A stretch of 64,000 bases of DNA, from assembly GCA_964486105.1 (NCBI GenBank), contig CAZAKR010000002.1, positions 62,949 through 126,948 of the forward strand, in the 5' to 3' direction. The stretch comes from an uncultured Rhodospirillaceae bacterium. Its GTDB lineage: Bacteria > Pseudomonadota > Alphaproteobacteria > UBA11136. A program made the translations under genes and the position numbers. The notes below the pieces were generated by a model. The model saw only the letters and a program-made list of their open reading frames with translations, was not told the DNA's origin and did no database searches. Within the stretch, counting starts at the first letter, position 1, and each line of letters starts with the position of its first letter. Positions 51,666 through 61,994 of the stretch are shown here, piece after piece.

Positions 51666-53333
51666 TCAGGCGGCGCGCTTTTTCTTCGTTGCGTGGACCT
51701 TGAAGCGATAGCGCCCATCCTCGGGAAAATCGCTTTCCTTGAGCGCAAAATTATCCAGGGCTATCCCCTGGTAATCGTTGAAAAAGGCCTTAAGCGGCCT
51801 CTCGATCGCCTTGTCGTATTCCGGACGCACCACCTGGCTTGCCCCCCAGACCACATTCACAATCCGGCCGTTGCGCGCCACCAATTGTCCGTCCTTGAAG
51901 ACGTAATCGGGCTTGGCGAACATCTTCTCCTTATTGGCGTGTTCGGTGTAAACGGTGATATCGGCGCCCGCCCCGGCGCCTAAATGGCCGCGGTCTTTCA
52001 GCCCCAGGATCCGGGCCGGTGCGGCGCGGGTCATGATGGCGATTTCATTAAGCGAGTATTCACGCTTGATGGCGCCGAGATTGCTTGCCACCCGGGCGTG
52101 TTTGTTGACCGTCGCCAGCATGTCGTTGCGGAAGGAACGATCCATCAGCAGGCGGATCAGATGCGGATAACTGGTAAAGGGCGCGCCATTGGGATGATCG
52201 GTGGTGAGAAACACCCGCCAGGGATCATCGACCAGCAAAAAGGTTTCCAGCCCAATCGCCCATTGCAGGGCGTTGACGAAATCCTTGTCCCGGTAACGGA
52301 ACGGGACCAGCCCGCAACCGGCCTGGCAATCAATATCCATGCACACCCATTTCTTCGGATTGGCAAGATGGGCGTGAGCGTACTGGGCCATGGTGTCACC
52401 CGAAGCGGTTACCGTCTGGCCGAACATGATCTGGCCGACATCGGCGGTGATATTCTTGTTTTTGTTGATCGCTTCGGCGATCCGCGCCGCACCGGACGAA
52501 AATTTCCGGTCGCCCTCATTGCCATAGGAATGAAACTGAATATGGGTGAGATGCATCGGCAAGCCGCCGGTGCCGGCGATGGTGTCCAGCGTCGTTTCGA
52601 CATTGCCCGGCACGCCGAGATTGCAGCCATGCACATGGAGGGGGTGGGGCACGCCAAGTCCTTCGAGCGCCCCGGCCAGGGACAAAAGCACCTCTCTGGG
52701 GGTGACACCGTAATGGGGCGCCTGCTCGTCAAGGTCGAGTTTGCGGCCGTTGAATTTAAAAGCGTTGATGCCGCCCGGATTGACCACCTTGACGCCCAGA
52801 GCTCCGGTGGCGTTCATCATCCAGGCCACGTAATCGCGAATTGCCTTCTTGTCCTTCTTTCCCGCCAGCATGCGGAGAAAAAAGTCGTCATTCCCGAGCA
52901 TCACGTAAGAACCCTTGTCGATGATCGGGATGTCCGCCATCTCAAGATGAGACTGGCGGGCATTGACGGGCACCATGGCCGGCTCGAAAGCAGCGGTATA
53001 GCCCATCTCGGCATAGCGATAGCCGGTGGTGAAGCTGGTCATTGTCGGCTCGCCCGAGCCCGAGCGCTTGAGACGGGTTCTGTCCTCGACCATATTCCGA
53101 TGCTCTTCAGGCAACAGCACCCGGGCAATGTTCAGCTTGCCCCCGGCAATATGACTGTGAAGATCCATTGCGCCAGCCATGACGATCTTGCCGGAAAGAT
53201 CATAAACCTGGTCCGGTTTCTCGTTGCCCGGCTTGGCGATGATGCGGCCGTCCCGGACATAAATATCGCGGACCTTGCCGTTGATTTTGTTGGCCGGGTC
53301 ATAGACCCGCCCGCTTTTCAGCCGGATCAGCAT
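51666..53333 (-). CDS. fhcA: FwdA/FhcA-family amidohydrolase, copy 2. Likely formyltransferase/hydrolase complex subunit A
   Basis: Collinear with copy 1 (RVYDPANKINGKVRDIYVRDGRI...). 555 aa. Confidence 0.85.
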   Translation of the reverse strand: MLIRLKSGRVYDPANKINGKVRDIYVRDGRIIAKPGNEKPDQVYDLSGKIVMAGAMDLHSHIAGGKLNIARVLLPEEHRNMVEDRTRLKRSGSGEPTMTSFTTGYRYAEMGYTAAFEPAMVPVNARQSHLEMADIPIIDKGSYVMLGNDDFFLRMLAGKKDKKAIRDYVAWMMNATGALGVKVVNPGGINAFKFNGRKLDLDEQAPHYGVTPREVLLSLAGALEGLGVPHPLHVHGCNLGVPGNVETTLDTIAGTGGLPMHLTHIQFHSYGNEGDRKFSSGAARIAEAINKNKNITADVGQIMFGQTVTASGDTMAQYAHAHLANPKKWVCMDIDCQAGCGLVPFRYRDKDFVNALQWAIGLETFLLVDDPWRVFLTTDHPNGAPFTSYPHLIRLLMDRSFRNDMLATVNKHARVASNLGAIKREYSLNEIAIMTRAAPARILGLKDRGHLGAGAGADITVYTEHANKEKMFAKPDYVFKDGQLVARNGRIVNVVWGASQVVRPEYDKAIERPLKAFFNDYQGIALDNFALKESDFPEDGRYRFKVHATKKKRAA

Positions 53334-54646
53334 TATGCGCCCCTCCTCATAACCGTTTCGATGGCGCCGACAATTTCGGCAACGCTGGGCAAATCGTTAT
53401 CGCGCAATTTGCGCAGCGGCAGAGCGACAACAGAATCGGTGCGGACAATGCTTCCGGCGTGGTCGATTCCAGGGGTGGCAACGGGAAGATAAACATCCGC
53501 CCTGGGTGTCACCTTCATGCCGGGAACGCCGATCAGAACACAGGGTATATCCTTGGCGCGTTTCGGCGGCGCAAGATCGCTGCGAAAGGCCGACGTCCAG
53601 ACCAGGGCATCTGCCTCGCCTTCAGCCAAAAGCCGGCGGCCGGAAAGAAGATAGGGGTCGTGAACGGGATGTCCTTCACCAAACGCCGTGCGCAGCGGGA
53701 AACCGCTCTGCCAGGTACCGACCTGGGCAACGCCGAGCGCGTTATCGCCGCCACCGAGCGGGAAGCCGGCAAAGCGCTTTGTCTCGTTAATGTCCTTGAT
53801 GAACTCGGCGATTGCCTGAACCGCCAGATCGCCGAATGTTTCCTCGATCTGTCCGCTTGCCCAGACAATGACGCCATAGCGGGCGGCCTTGATCTTCTCG
53901 ATCAGGTTTTCAAGATCATGTATGGCGACCCCGACGGCTTGCTTCGCATCCAGGCGGCGACCGTGGTAAAGCGCCCGCAAGGTGCCGAATAATTCGGCCA
54001 GACACTTGGTGTCGTAGGAAATAAGCGTCGGCTTCTTTCCCCCCTTGGGCGGCTTGGCGGCACGCGGTATGGAGGGACCGCGACCAAGGAAAACCACCTC
54101 GCGTTCTTTTTGCAGGTTGGTAAACAGCGCTTTTTTCGGCCAGATACATTTATCGAAGAACCGCGGCGCGACGCTGGCGCCATCTGTTCCGGCGAAAATG
54201 ACGAGATCGGCGCGATTGCGAATTTCAGCCACCGTCGTCGTCATCCAGCCGCTGTTCTGCATCACCCTGAAATTACGGAAAAGCGCGTGAGAGGCCGCAT
54301 GATCGACAACCCCGCCGATGCCGTCGGCCAGCTGCATAACCGCCTTGGCCCCTTCAATATCCGTTCCCATGCCGGAAAAAAGAGGCTGGTCGCTGTTCTT
54401 CAAAATCGCCGCCGCCGCCGCCACGGCCTCATCGAAAGACGCCATTTTCCCTGCGATTCTGGGCTCCGCACCGGCAGTCGGCACTTCAAAACCCCGACGC
54501 GCCAGATCACAGCCGTTCTTGGCAATTTTTAACCCCTTGCCGTTCTTGCCCTTCCGCTCAAGAGCAAGATCGTCGCAGCAAAGGCCGCAAAACGGGCAGG
54601 GGACATTCTTAAACTGCCGGGCCGTATTTGGTGTTTTTGTGGTCAT
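53333..54646 (-). CDS. fhcB: FwdB-like protein lacking the catalytic Cys. Likely Fhc complex subunit B
   Basis: N-terminal CPFCGLCC motif but DHAASHA where copy 1 has VCHGPTG. 437 aa, 1-nt overlap with fhcA. Confidence 0.8.
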   Translation of the reverse strand: MTTKTPNTARQFKNVPCPFCGLCCDDLALERKGKNGKGLKIAKNGCDLARRGFEVPTAGAEPRIAGKMASFDEAVAAAAAILKNSDQPLFSGMGTDIEGAKAVMQLADGIGGVVDHAASHALFRNFRVMQNSGWMTTTVAEIRNRADLVIFAGTDGASVAPRFFDKCIWPKKALFTNLQKEREVVFLGRGPSIPRAAKPPKGGKKPTLISYDTKCLAELFGTLRALYHGRRLDAKQAVGVAIHDLENLIEKIKAARYGVIVWASGQIEETFGDLAVQAIAEFIKDINETKRFAGFPLGGGDNALGVAQVGTWQSGFPLRTAFGEGHPVHDPYLLSGRRLLAEGEADALVWTSAFRSDLAPPKRAKDIPCVLIGVPGMKVTPRADVYLPVATPGIDHAGSIVRTDSVVALPLRKLRDNDLPSVAEIVGAIETVMRRGA

Positions 54647-54666
54647 GAAAATTCCGATAACACGGC

Positions 54667-55083
54667 CTAGCCCGGCTTGTCATATTTAATATAGGCAAAA
54701 CGGGGATCTTCCGGCGTCCCCTCAAGCCCCTCCCCACCGGTATCGCCCTCAAGACCGGGCTGCCAGGTGATAACCTCTTCGATTTTTTTCGCCAATTCGA
54801 AATCCTTGTCGGTGACCCCCTTGGCGGCATGGTTCATCAGCCGCACTTCGACCCAGGCATAAGAACAGGTGATGTCGGGATGATGCCAGGCCGCCTCCGC
54901 CAAATGACCGACGGTGTTGACCACCATCAGCGTGCCCTTCCAGCTATGGGTCTTGTATTTGCGGCGGATCCAGCCGCCCTCCAGCCGCCAGTGAGGCAAT
55001 TCCTTTTCCAGCCGCGCGGTCACTTCCGCCTCGCTATAGGTTCGTTCGGATGATTTCTCGGACATGGCCATCTCTCCCTTCAC
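54667..55083 (-). CDS. Pterin-4a-carbinolamine dehydratase-like protein (PCD/DCoH family), H4MPT-cluster associated
   Basis: PCD-like core (E..HHPDI) with extended termini. 138 aa. Confidence 0.55.
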   Translation of the reverse strand: MKGEMAMSEKSSERTYSEAEVTARLEKELPHWRLEGGWIRRKYKTHSWKGTLMVVNTVGHLAEAAWHHPDITCSYAWVEVRLMNHAAKGVTDKDFELAKKIEEVITWQPGLEGDTGGEGLEGTPEDPRFAYIKYDKPG

Positions 55084-55223
55084 GCAGGTCCCCGCCCGCC
55101 CTGATCAGGAGACCATAACCTAAGCATGACCTCGTGACACGGCAAGCGGGAATCCCCCGGCTTTCACCGGCCCGCACTTGCTGATAGAAAGACCGCTCCG
55201 ACGAATTTCTGGATCATCTGCCG

Positions 55224-56234
55224 ATGTCTATCGAGTCCATGGAAAAAAGAGAGATTAGCGTCACCGCCCCGGCGCGGCTGCATTTCGGCTTTCTCGATCT
55301 CAATGGCGCTCTCGGCCGCCGCTTCGGCAGTTTCGGCCTCGCCCTTGAGGGGTTTGGCACCCGGCTGACCGCGTCAAAAGCCCCCACCCTGACGGTAAGC
55401 GGCCCCGGTGCAGAGCGGGCGGCACGCTACGGCGAACGCCTTGGCAAAGCCTTCGGCCTTCCCGGCGGGGCGCATGTCACCATCAGCCGAGCGATCCCCG
55501 AACATGCCGGACTGGGCTCCGGCACTCAGCTCGGCCTTGCCGTCGGCGCCGCGCTGACCCGGCTTTACGGGCTGGAAGCCGACGGCGTCACCATTGCCCG
55601 GGCGCTTGGCCGCGGCGCCCGCTCAGGCATCGGCATCGGCGTGTTCGAGGTCGGCGGCGTTCTTCTCGATGGCGGTAATCCGGTCGGAGAGAACCTCGAC
55701 AAAGGCGGCGATCGGCCGCCTCCGGTCATCAGCCGCCTGCCTTTTCCCGACGACTGGCGCATCCTGTTGATCCTCGATCCCGCCAATTGCGGCCTTCACG
55801 GGCCGGGTGAGGTCAAGGCTTTCGGCGAACTGCCGCCCTATTCGGACGAATTAAGCGGTCGGCTTTGCCGTCTCGTCGTCATGAAGGCCCTGCCGGCATT
55901 GGCTGAACAAAACTTTGCCGCCTTCAGCCAGGCGGTGACGGAATTGCAGAATGCCGTCGGTGATCATTTCGCCCCGGTCCAGGGCGGGCGCTATGTCAGC
56001 CCGGCCGTCGCCGAAACCCTGGAAACGCTTGCCTCCCAAGGGGTTGCGGGCTATGGCCAGAGCTCCTGGGGGCCGACAGGCTTTGCCCTTTTCGCCACCC
56101 GGCAAGAAGCCGAAAAAGCGCTTGAAACCCTGGGTGCAAAAAGCAAGGGTGACGCGCCGCTGGAATTCGTGTTATGCCGTGGCCGCAATCAGGGTTGCCT
56201 GATCGAAACGCGTGATCTCAGCCCTATCTCCTGA
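55224..56234 (+). CDS. mptG: Beta-ribofuranosylaminobenzene 5'-phosphate synthase (GHMP-kinase fold, H4MPT biosynthesis)
   Basis: GHMP-like PEHAGLGSGTQLGLAV motif. 336 aa. Confidence 0.75.
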   Translation: MSIESMEKREISVTAPARLHFGFLDLNGALGRRFGSFGLALEGFGTRLTASKAPTLTVSGPGAERAARYGERLGKAFGLPGGAHVTISRAIPEHAGLGSGTQLGLAVGAALTRLYGLEADGVTIARALGRGARSGIGIGVFEVGGVLLDGGNPVGENLDKGGDRPPPVISRLPFPDDWRILLILDPANCGLHGPGEVKAFGELPPYSDELSGRLCRLVVMKALPALAEQNFAAFSQAVTELQNAVGDHFAPVQGGRYVSPAVAETLETLASQGVAGYGQSSWGPTGFALFATRQEAEKALETLGAKSKGDAPLEFVLCRGRNQGCLIETRDLSPIS

Positions 56235-56310
56235 GTGACCGGAACCGCATTGTGGACCCGGTCTGGGGGTAAGTTTTTCAATTAACGCTGGTTCGTAAAT
56301 ACGGATTGTT

Positions 56311-57225
56311 TTGAAAGAACATGGAATGAGCAGAAAATACATCCTTCACATGATCACCCCCCAGGTGCATGTCAGCCCCTTTGACGTCAACATGGCGTTG
56401 GACGCCGGATTTGACACCGTCATGCCGTACAGCAATGTGGCCGTTAACGAGGTCCAGGGCCTTGTTCAGGACGCCATCTTTTCGCGTTCGGTCAAGGATG
56501 CCAAGCGTACCGGCATTTTCATCTGTGGCAAGGACGCGCCCCTGGCCCTCGATATGCTGGACGCTGCAAAGGCGGCGATGGTGCCGCCGTTTGAAATTTC
56601 CGTCTTCCCCGATCCCGCCGGTTCCTTCACCACGGCCGCCGCCATGGTTGCCTGTACCGAGAAACTGCTCAAAGACAAGTTCGACACCACCCTTAAAGGC
56701 AAAAAGGTCGTCATCTACGGCGGCAAGGGCATCGTCGGCAGCATTTCCGGCGTCATTTGCGCCCAGGCCGGCGCCACCGGCGTACTGGTTGGTTATGACG
56801 GGGTCGGCAACGTCAAGAAGCGCGCCGATGATTACAAGGCCCGTTTCGGCGTCGACCTCATTCCCGCCGACGGCAGCACCGACGAATTGAACACCGCGTT
56901 GCTGGCCGATGCCGATATCGTTTTCTGCGCCGCCCGCGCCGGCACCCAGGTCTTAAGCGAGGAACAGATGGCTACCGCCCCCCAGATCAAGGTGGTTGCC
57001 GACGCCAATGCAGTGCCCCCCGCCGGTATCGCCGGTGTCGGTCTCAACGATAATGGCGAACAAATCAAATCCGGCGCCTTGTCGCTTGGCCCCCTGACCT
57101 TCGGCGACGTCAAGGTCAAGACCCAGGCCCAGTTGCTCAAGGCCATGTGCGAAACCGACAAGCCTCTCTATCTCAGCTTTGAAGAGGCCACGGAAGTCGC
57201 CCGCAAACTCGTCGGGATTGCTTAG
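56311..57225 (+). CDS. mtdB: NAD(P)-dependent methylene-tetrahydromethanopterin dehydrogenase (MtdA/MtdB family). Start 56311 or 56326
   Basis: Mtd family sequence with Rossmann GGKGIVG motif. 304 aa. Confidence 0.85.
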   Translation: MKEHGMSRKYILHMITPQVHVSPFDVNMALDAGFDTVMPYSNVAVNEVQGLVQDAIFSRSVKDAKRTGIFICGKDAPLALDMLDAAKAAMVPPFEISVFPDPAGSFTTAAAMVACTEKLLKDKFDTTLKGKKVVIYGGKGIVGSISGVICAQAGATGVLVGYDGVGNVKKRADDYKARFGVDLIPADGSTDELNTALLADADIVFCAARAGTQVLSEEQMATAPQIKVVADANAVPPAGIAGVGLNDNGEQIKSGALSLGPLTFGDVKVKTQAQLLKAMCETDKPLYLSFEEATEVARKLVGIA

Positions 57226-58372
57226 GCCCCGTGACCCTGTCCTGATTGTTGCACTGTCCGGCCGATCCTTGGCCGCGGCGGCGCAACGGGCCGGTTACAC
57301 CTCAATCGTTCTCGATCTTTTCGGCGATAGTGATACCAGCGCTATCGCCGAAAATTTATCCCCCATCGAGGCTGATGCAGATGGTGGTTTTAACGCTACC
57401 GCCTTGCTTGAGACCGCCAGCCGCCTCGCCCCTTCGCCGATGCCACTGGTCTACGCGGCGGGGTTCGAAAGCCGCCCGGATTTACTGGCCGAACTGGCAC
57501 AGCGGCGATCCATTCTCGGCAATTCGCCCGATACGATAGAGACGCTAAAAGACCCGGCGTATCTCTTTCCCCTGCTCGAGCGCCTCCACCTCCCCCACCC
57601 CGAAACATCCCTCACCCCACCGATAGATCCCGGGAATTGGCTTGTAAAACCGGTCGGCGGATCGGGCGGGCTCGCCATCCGGGGGGCGGAGGGGGCTCCC
57701 TCTCCTGACGGGGTGGTTTTTTTCCAGCGCCGGATTCTGGGCGACGCCCTCTCTCTGCTCTTCCTTGCCGATGGACGGGATATTTATCCCCTCGCCTTTA
57801 GTGAGCAATGGAGCGATCCCTGCCCCGGCCATCCCTTTCGCTTCGGCGGCGCGGCTGGCCCGGTGACGCCTCCAGCCCCCCAGGCAGACACCCTGATCAA
57901 AGCCGCAAGCGGCCTCACCTTTGAGACCGGCCTTGTCGGCCTCAACAGCCTCGATGCACTCATCGACCCCCAGGGCAATTGTCACATCATCGAGATTAAC
58001 CCCCGCCCCGGGGCCACCCTCGACCTCTTCGACCCCCTCAGCACCACACCGCTCTTCGAGCTTCACCTGAATGCCGTGGCCGGCAATTTGCCCGCCGCCG
58101 ATGCCTCCCTCATCGCCAAATCCCCCGCCCATGGCGTCAAAGTTCTTTACGCCGCCGACGATACCGACCCGCCTCTCGTCTTGGCGCCGGATTTCGCCTG
58201 GCCGGACTGGACCGCCGACCGCCCAGCAGCTGGAACGGCAATAGCGCCGCAAGCCCCGGTTTGCACCATTTTCGGGCAAGGGAGTTCGGTTTTCGATGTC
58301 CGCGCCATCCTCGATGAGCGGGCCGGGACTTTACGGGGCAGCCTCGCTCGGTGTAAGGGTTCGTCTGCCTAG
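57216..58372 (+). CDS. ATP-grasp family protein of the H4MPT-linked C1 pathway. Start uncertain (TTG 57216 inferred; ORF-track ATG 57179 lies inside mtdB)
   Basis: ATP-grasp signature HIIEINPRPG. N-terminus PVLIVALSGRSLAAAAQRAGY. Confidence 0.55.
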
Positions 58373-58399
58373 AGACAGCAACAGGATTACATAGACCCC

Positions 58400-59392
58400 A
58401 TGTCTGAAAAACTTGCCAACCAGAACGTCAAGGACTGGCCGAGCGTCGCCACCACCGTCGCCCCCCTGGTCGCCCGCCTCATTGACGACGCCCAAAGCCT
58501 CCGTGTCGGGGTTTCCAAAGGCCCCAAGGGCTGCACCATCGTCGATTGCGGCATCAACCATCCCGGCGGCCTTGAGGCCGGACTTCTGGTTACAGAGATT
58601 TGCATGGGTGGCCTCGGCCGCGCCAGCCTGCAACCGGCCTGGTCCTATGCCCATTGGCCGTGGGCGGTCAACATCCACTCGACCAACCCGGTGCTGTCCT
58701 GCCTGGGCAGCCAATACGCTGGCTGGAGTCTCGCCTTCGGCGACTTCTTCTCCCTTGGTTCGGGGCCCGGACGGGCGCTGGCCGGTCGTGAAGATTTGTT
58801 TAAGGAACTCGCCTACAGGGATCAGGGCGATCGCGCCTGTCTGGTGCTCGAAGTGGATCAGATGCCGCCCGCCGAACTGGTCGAAAAGGTCACTACGGAC
58901 TGCGGCATCAAGCCTGAAAACCTGACCCTGGTGCTGACCCCGACCACCAGCCTGGCGGGAAGTCTCCAGGTTGTCGGCCGGGTTTTGGAAGTGGCGCTGC
59001 ACAAGGTGCATGAACTTCACTTCCCCCTTGAAAACGTTATTGACGGCATGGGCAGCGCCCCGCTGCCGCCACCGGCGAACAATTTCCTCGCCGGCATGGG
59101 ACGCACCAACGACGCCATCATCTATGGCGGCACGGTGCATCTTTTCGTCGCCGGGGATGACGCGGCAGCGGAAAAACTGGCGACCGATCTGCCGAGCAGC
59201 AACTCGCGCGATTACGGCAAACCATTTGAAGAAACCTTCAAGGCTGTGAAGGGCGATTTCTATGCCATCGACGGCTCGCTCTTCTCTCCGGCACGGGTCA
59301 TCGTCACGGCCATGGAATCCGGCCGCAGCTTCCACGCCGGGGCCGTGGACGAAGCGCTTCTCAACACCTCTTTCGGCTATGCGGGAAAATAA
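58400..59392 (+). CDS. mch: Methenyl-tetrahydromethanopterin cyclohydrolase
   Basis: Mch family sequence, 330 aa. Confidence 0.9.
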   Translation: MSEKLANQNVKDWPSVATTVAPLVARLIDDAQSLRVGVSKGPKGCTIVDCGINHPGGLEAGLLVTEICMGGLGRASLQPAWSYAHWPWAVNIHSTNPVLSCLGSQYAGWSLAFGDFFSLGSGPGRALAGREDLFKELAYRDQGDRACLVLEVDQMPPAELVEKVTTDCGIKPENLTLVLTPTTSLAGSLQVVGRVLEVALHKVHELHFPLENVIDGMGSAPLPPPANNFLAGMGRTNDAIIYGGTVHLFVAGDDAAAEKLATDLPSSNSRDYGKPFEETFKAVKGDFYAIDGSLFSPARVIVTAMESGRSFHAGAVDEALLNTSFGYAGK

Positions 59393-60305
59393 CCGGGTCG
59401 CCCTTTTTAGTGACGATCCGGACTGGCATGCCCGGTGCCTGACCGATGCGCTTGCCAAGCGCGGTGTTGAGGCGGTCTGGCTGTCCTTTACCGATTGCGC
59501 CTTTGACAATTCCAGCCCCACCTCGGGGCTCCGCCTTCCCGGCTTTGAGACCGAATTGCCAGCAGGCGCCCTGACCCGCCTGATCGATCCCGGCACGTTG
59601 GAGCAGATCACCGCCCGCCTCGATATCCTCCATGCCCTTGATGAACTGGGCATCGTGGTTTCCAATTCCGCCCGCGCCATTGAACGCACGGTGGATAAAT
59701 CCATGGCCAGCTTCCTTCTCGCCAATGCCGGATTGCCGAGCCCGGCGACCTGGACCTGCGAATCCCCGCAAATGGCCCAGGCCATTCTTGAGCGCCAGAC
59801 CAAAGACGGCGGCAAGCTTGTGCTCAAGCCCCTGTTCGGGGCTCAGGGCAAGGGATTGCGGCTTCTCGAAGCAGGCAGCCCCCTGCCCGATCCGGAAGAG
59901 GTCGACGGGGTTTATTACCTGCAAAAATTCATCGAAACCGGTACCGGGGCCGAGGGCTGGCACGACTGGCGGGTTTTTGTCGTCGGCGGCAAGGCGGTGG
60001 CCGCCATGATCCGGCGCGGCAAGGGATGGATCACCAATGTTCTTCAAGGGGGCGTCTGCGAAGCGGCGCCACTGGAAAGCGATCTGGCGGATTTGGCCGT
60101 CGCCGCTGCCCGGGCGCTTGGCGCCGATTACGCCGGAATTGATATCCTCCGCGACCGTGAAGGGGGCTTTCAAATCCTCGAGGTCAACAGTGTTCCCGCC
60201 TGGAAAGGGCTTCAGGGCGTCGTCGAGGCCGATCTCGCCCAGACCATCGTCGATGACTTTCTTTCCCGGATTGACGCCGCATCACCGGTTCGCAAAGCCG
60301 GATAA
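59379..60305 (+). CDS. RimK-type ATP-grasp ligase, H4MPT:alpha-L-glutamate ligase-like
   Basis: RimK-like ATP-grasp sequence (DILRDREGGFQILEVNSVP). Start at MRENNRV, overlapping the mch stop by 14 nt. Confidence 0.7.
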   Translation: MRENNRVALFSDDPDWHARCLTDALAKRGVEAVWLSFTDCAFDNSSPTSGLRLPGFETELPAGALTRLIDPGTLEQITARLDILHALDELGIVVSNSARAIERTVDKSMASFLLANAGLPSPATWTCESPQMAQAILERQTKDGGKLVLKPLFGAQGKGLRLLEAGSPLPDPEEVDGVYYLQKFIETGTGAEGWHDWRVFVVGGKAVAAMIRRGKGWITNVLQGGVCEAAPLESDLADLAVAAARALGADYAGIDILRDREGGFQILEVNSVPAWKGLQGVVEADLAQTIVDDFLSRIDAASPVRKAG

Positions 60306-60328
60306 CCCTGATCGACACAGGACCCCCC

Positions 60329-61210
60329 ATGGAAAATCCCGGGACTGGCTCCTCTCTTTCGCCCAAAACTCTCAGTGACGCCTATTCCCGTGCCTGTCTG
60401 GCCGAGCTGGCCGCCTTAAAGCCCGGCAATGTCCATATCCATGGCGAAGGCCACGACATGACAGTTACCGACTTCGAGATCAGCGCCAAGGTCAGCGCCG
60501 CTGCCCTCACCGCCCCCGGCCTTTCTCCGGGGCGGCGGATTCTCGACGCTACCCGCGCCACCTTTGAGGCGGTCGGCTGCAATACCAATCTCGGCATCCT
60601 CCTTCTCTGCGCCCCCCTTATCCACGCCGCCCTGACACCGGGCAAAGGCGATCTGCGCCAACGGCTGGACGACACCTTGGCGGCGCTCAACCTCTCTGAC
60701 GCCACCGACGCCTTTGAGGCCATACGCCTCGCCGGTCCAGCCGGATTGGGGGAAAGCCCCCGCCACGACGTTATGACGACGCCCCAGGTCACTCTGCTTG
60801 CCGCAATGAAGGAAGCCGCGGGTTTTGACCGCATCGCCGCCCAATACGCCACCGGCTACAGAGATGTTTTTACGACCGGGATGACCCGTCTCGAGCTGGT
60901 GCATGAGCGGGCAATTGCAGAGGTCTGGCAGCCGACATACGTCTATCTCGGCTTTCTCGGTCATTTCCCGGACAGCCATATCGCGCGCAAATATTCCCTT
61001 GCCCGGGCTGAGGAGATCAGAGCCCTTGGCCGCACCGCCGACGACGACCTGATGGCGGCGTCCGATCCCGAAGACATGAAAGCCGAACTTTTGGCCCTGG
61101 ACCGGCGGCTCAAGGATGAAAAAATCAATCCGGGCACCAGTGCAGATTTAACAGTTGCGTGCTTGCTTGCCGCTGACCTTATGGATATATTCCCTGTTTC
61201 CGCCATCTGA
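60329..61210 (+). CDS. Triphosphoribosyl-dephospho-CoA synthase (CitG/MdcB)-like protein, H4MPT biosynthesis-associated
   Basis: CitG-like sequence (GNVHIHGEGHDM ... NTNLGILLL). 293 aa. Confidence 0.6.
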   Translation: MENPGTGSSLSPKTLSDAYSRACLAELAALKPGNVHIHGEGHDMTVTDFEISAKVSAAALTAPGLSPGRRILDATRATFEAVGCNTNLGILLLCAPLIHAALTPGKGDLRQRLDDTLAALNLSDATDAFEAIRLAGPAGLGESPRHDVMTTPQVTLLAAMKEAAGFDRIAAQYATGYRDVFTTGMTRLELVHERAIAEVWQPTYVYLGFLGHFPDSHIARKYSLARAEEIRALGRTADDDLMAASDPEDMKAELLALDRRLKDEKINPGTSADLTVACLLAADLMDIFPVSAI

Positions 61211-61316
61211 ACAAAGATGGCTGATAACTTGACTCGTGCCTCCTATGGGGCGGGTTGCGTATACGCTAGCAAATTAAGATCTTAAACAACCGTCACTTTT
61301 TGGGGAGGATTTCCAT

Positions 61317-61829
61317 ATGGCGAAAATTGATAGAATGCTGGTCGGCGAATCGCTGGTCGGCGACGGTAACGAAGTTGCTCACATTGATCTCATCATCGGG
61401 CCGCGTGGTTCAGCCGCTGAAACGGCTTTCGCGAATTGCCTGACTGCCTTCAACAGCGATGGCTTCTCGGCTCTGCTCGCGGTTGTTGCACCGAACCTGG
61501 CCACCAAGCCTTCGACGGTGATGTTCAACAAGGTCACCATCAAGGGCGCCAAGCAGGCTGTCCAGATGTTTGGCCCTGCACAGGCCGGTGTTGCCAAGGC
61601 GGTTATGGATTGCGTCGAAGACGGCACCATCCCTGCTGCTGAAGCCGAAGACCTGTTCATCTGCGTTGGTGTTTTCATTCACTGGGAAGCCGACGACGAT
61701 GCCAAGATCCAGCAGTACAACTACGAGGCCGTCAAAGAGTCCATCCAGCGCGCCGTGGCCAATGAGCCCAAGACCCAGGATGTTCTCTCCCAGCGTGGTG
61801 TCGCAGCGCATCCGTTTGCCGCTGGTTGA
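61317..61829 (+). CDS. fae: Formaldehyde-activating enzyme
   Basis: 170 aa Fae sequence ([32 protein letters not shown]...). Strong GGGGAGGA SD. Confidence 0.95.
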   Translation: MAKIDRMLVGESLVGDGNEVAHIDLIIGPRGSAAETAFANCLTAFNSDGFSALLAVVAPNLATKPSTVMFNKVTIKGAKQAVQMFGPAQAGVAKAVMDCVEDGTIPAAEAEDLFICVGVFIHWEADDDAKIQQYNYEAVKESIQRAVANEPKTQDVLSQRGVAAHPFAAG

Positions 61830-61950
61830 CAGTCCCACAGCTCGTCATCCAGTTCATCCTCGGGTGGAGGCTGGTTTACGGCGTTGCTGAAGCTCCTGAC
61901 GGGTGAGTAAGGCTTAGGCGTTCTCATACCCGAAGGGCGATCAATTCTAA

Positions 61951-61979
61951 GGGGAGGTGCTAAGCACCTCCCCTTTTTT
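61951..61979 (+). terminator. Rho-independent terminator after fae
   Basis: GGGGAGGTGC-TAA-GCACCTCCCC perfect 10-bp stem followed by TTTTTTG. Confidence 0.85.
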
Positions 61980-61994
61980 GTCGCCGGGCCGTCC

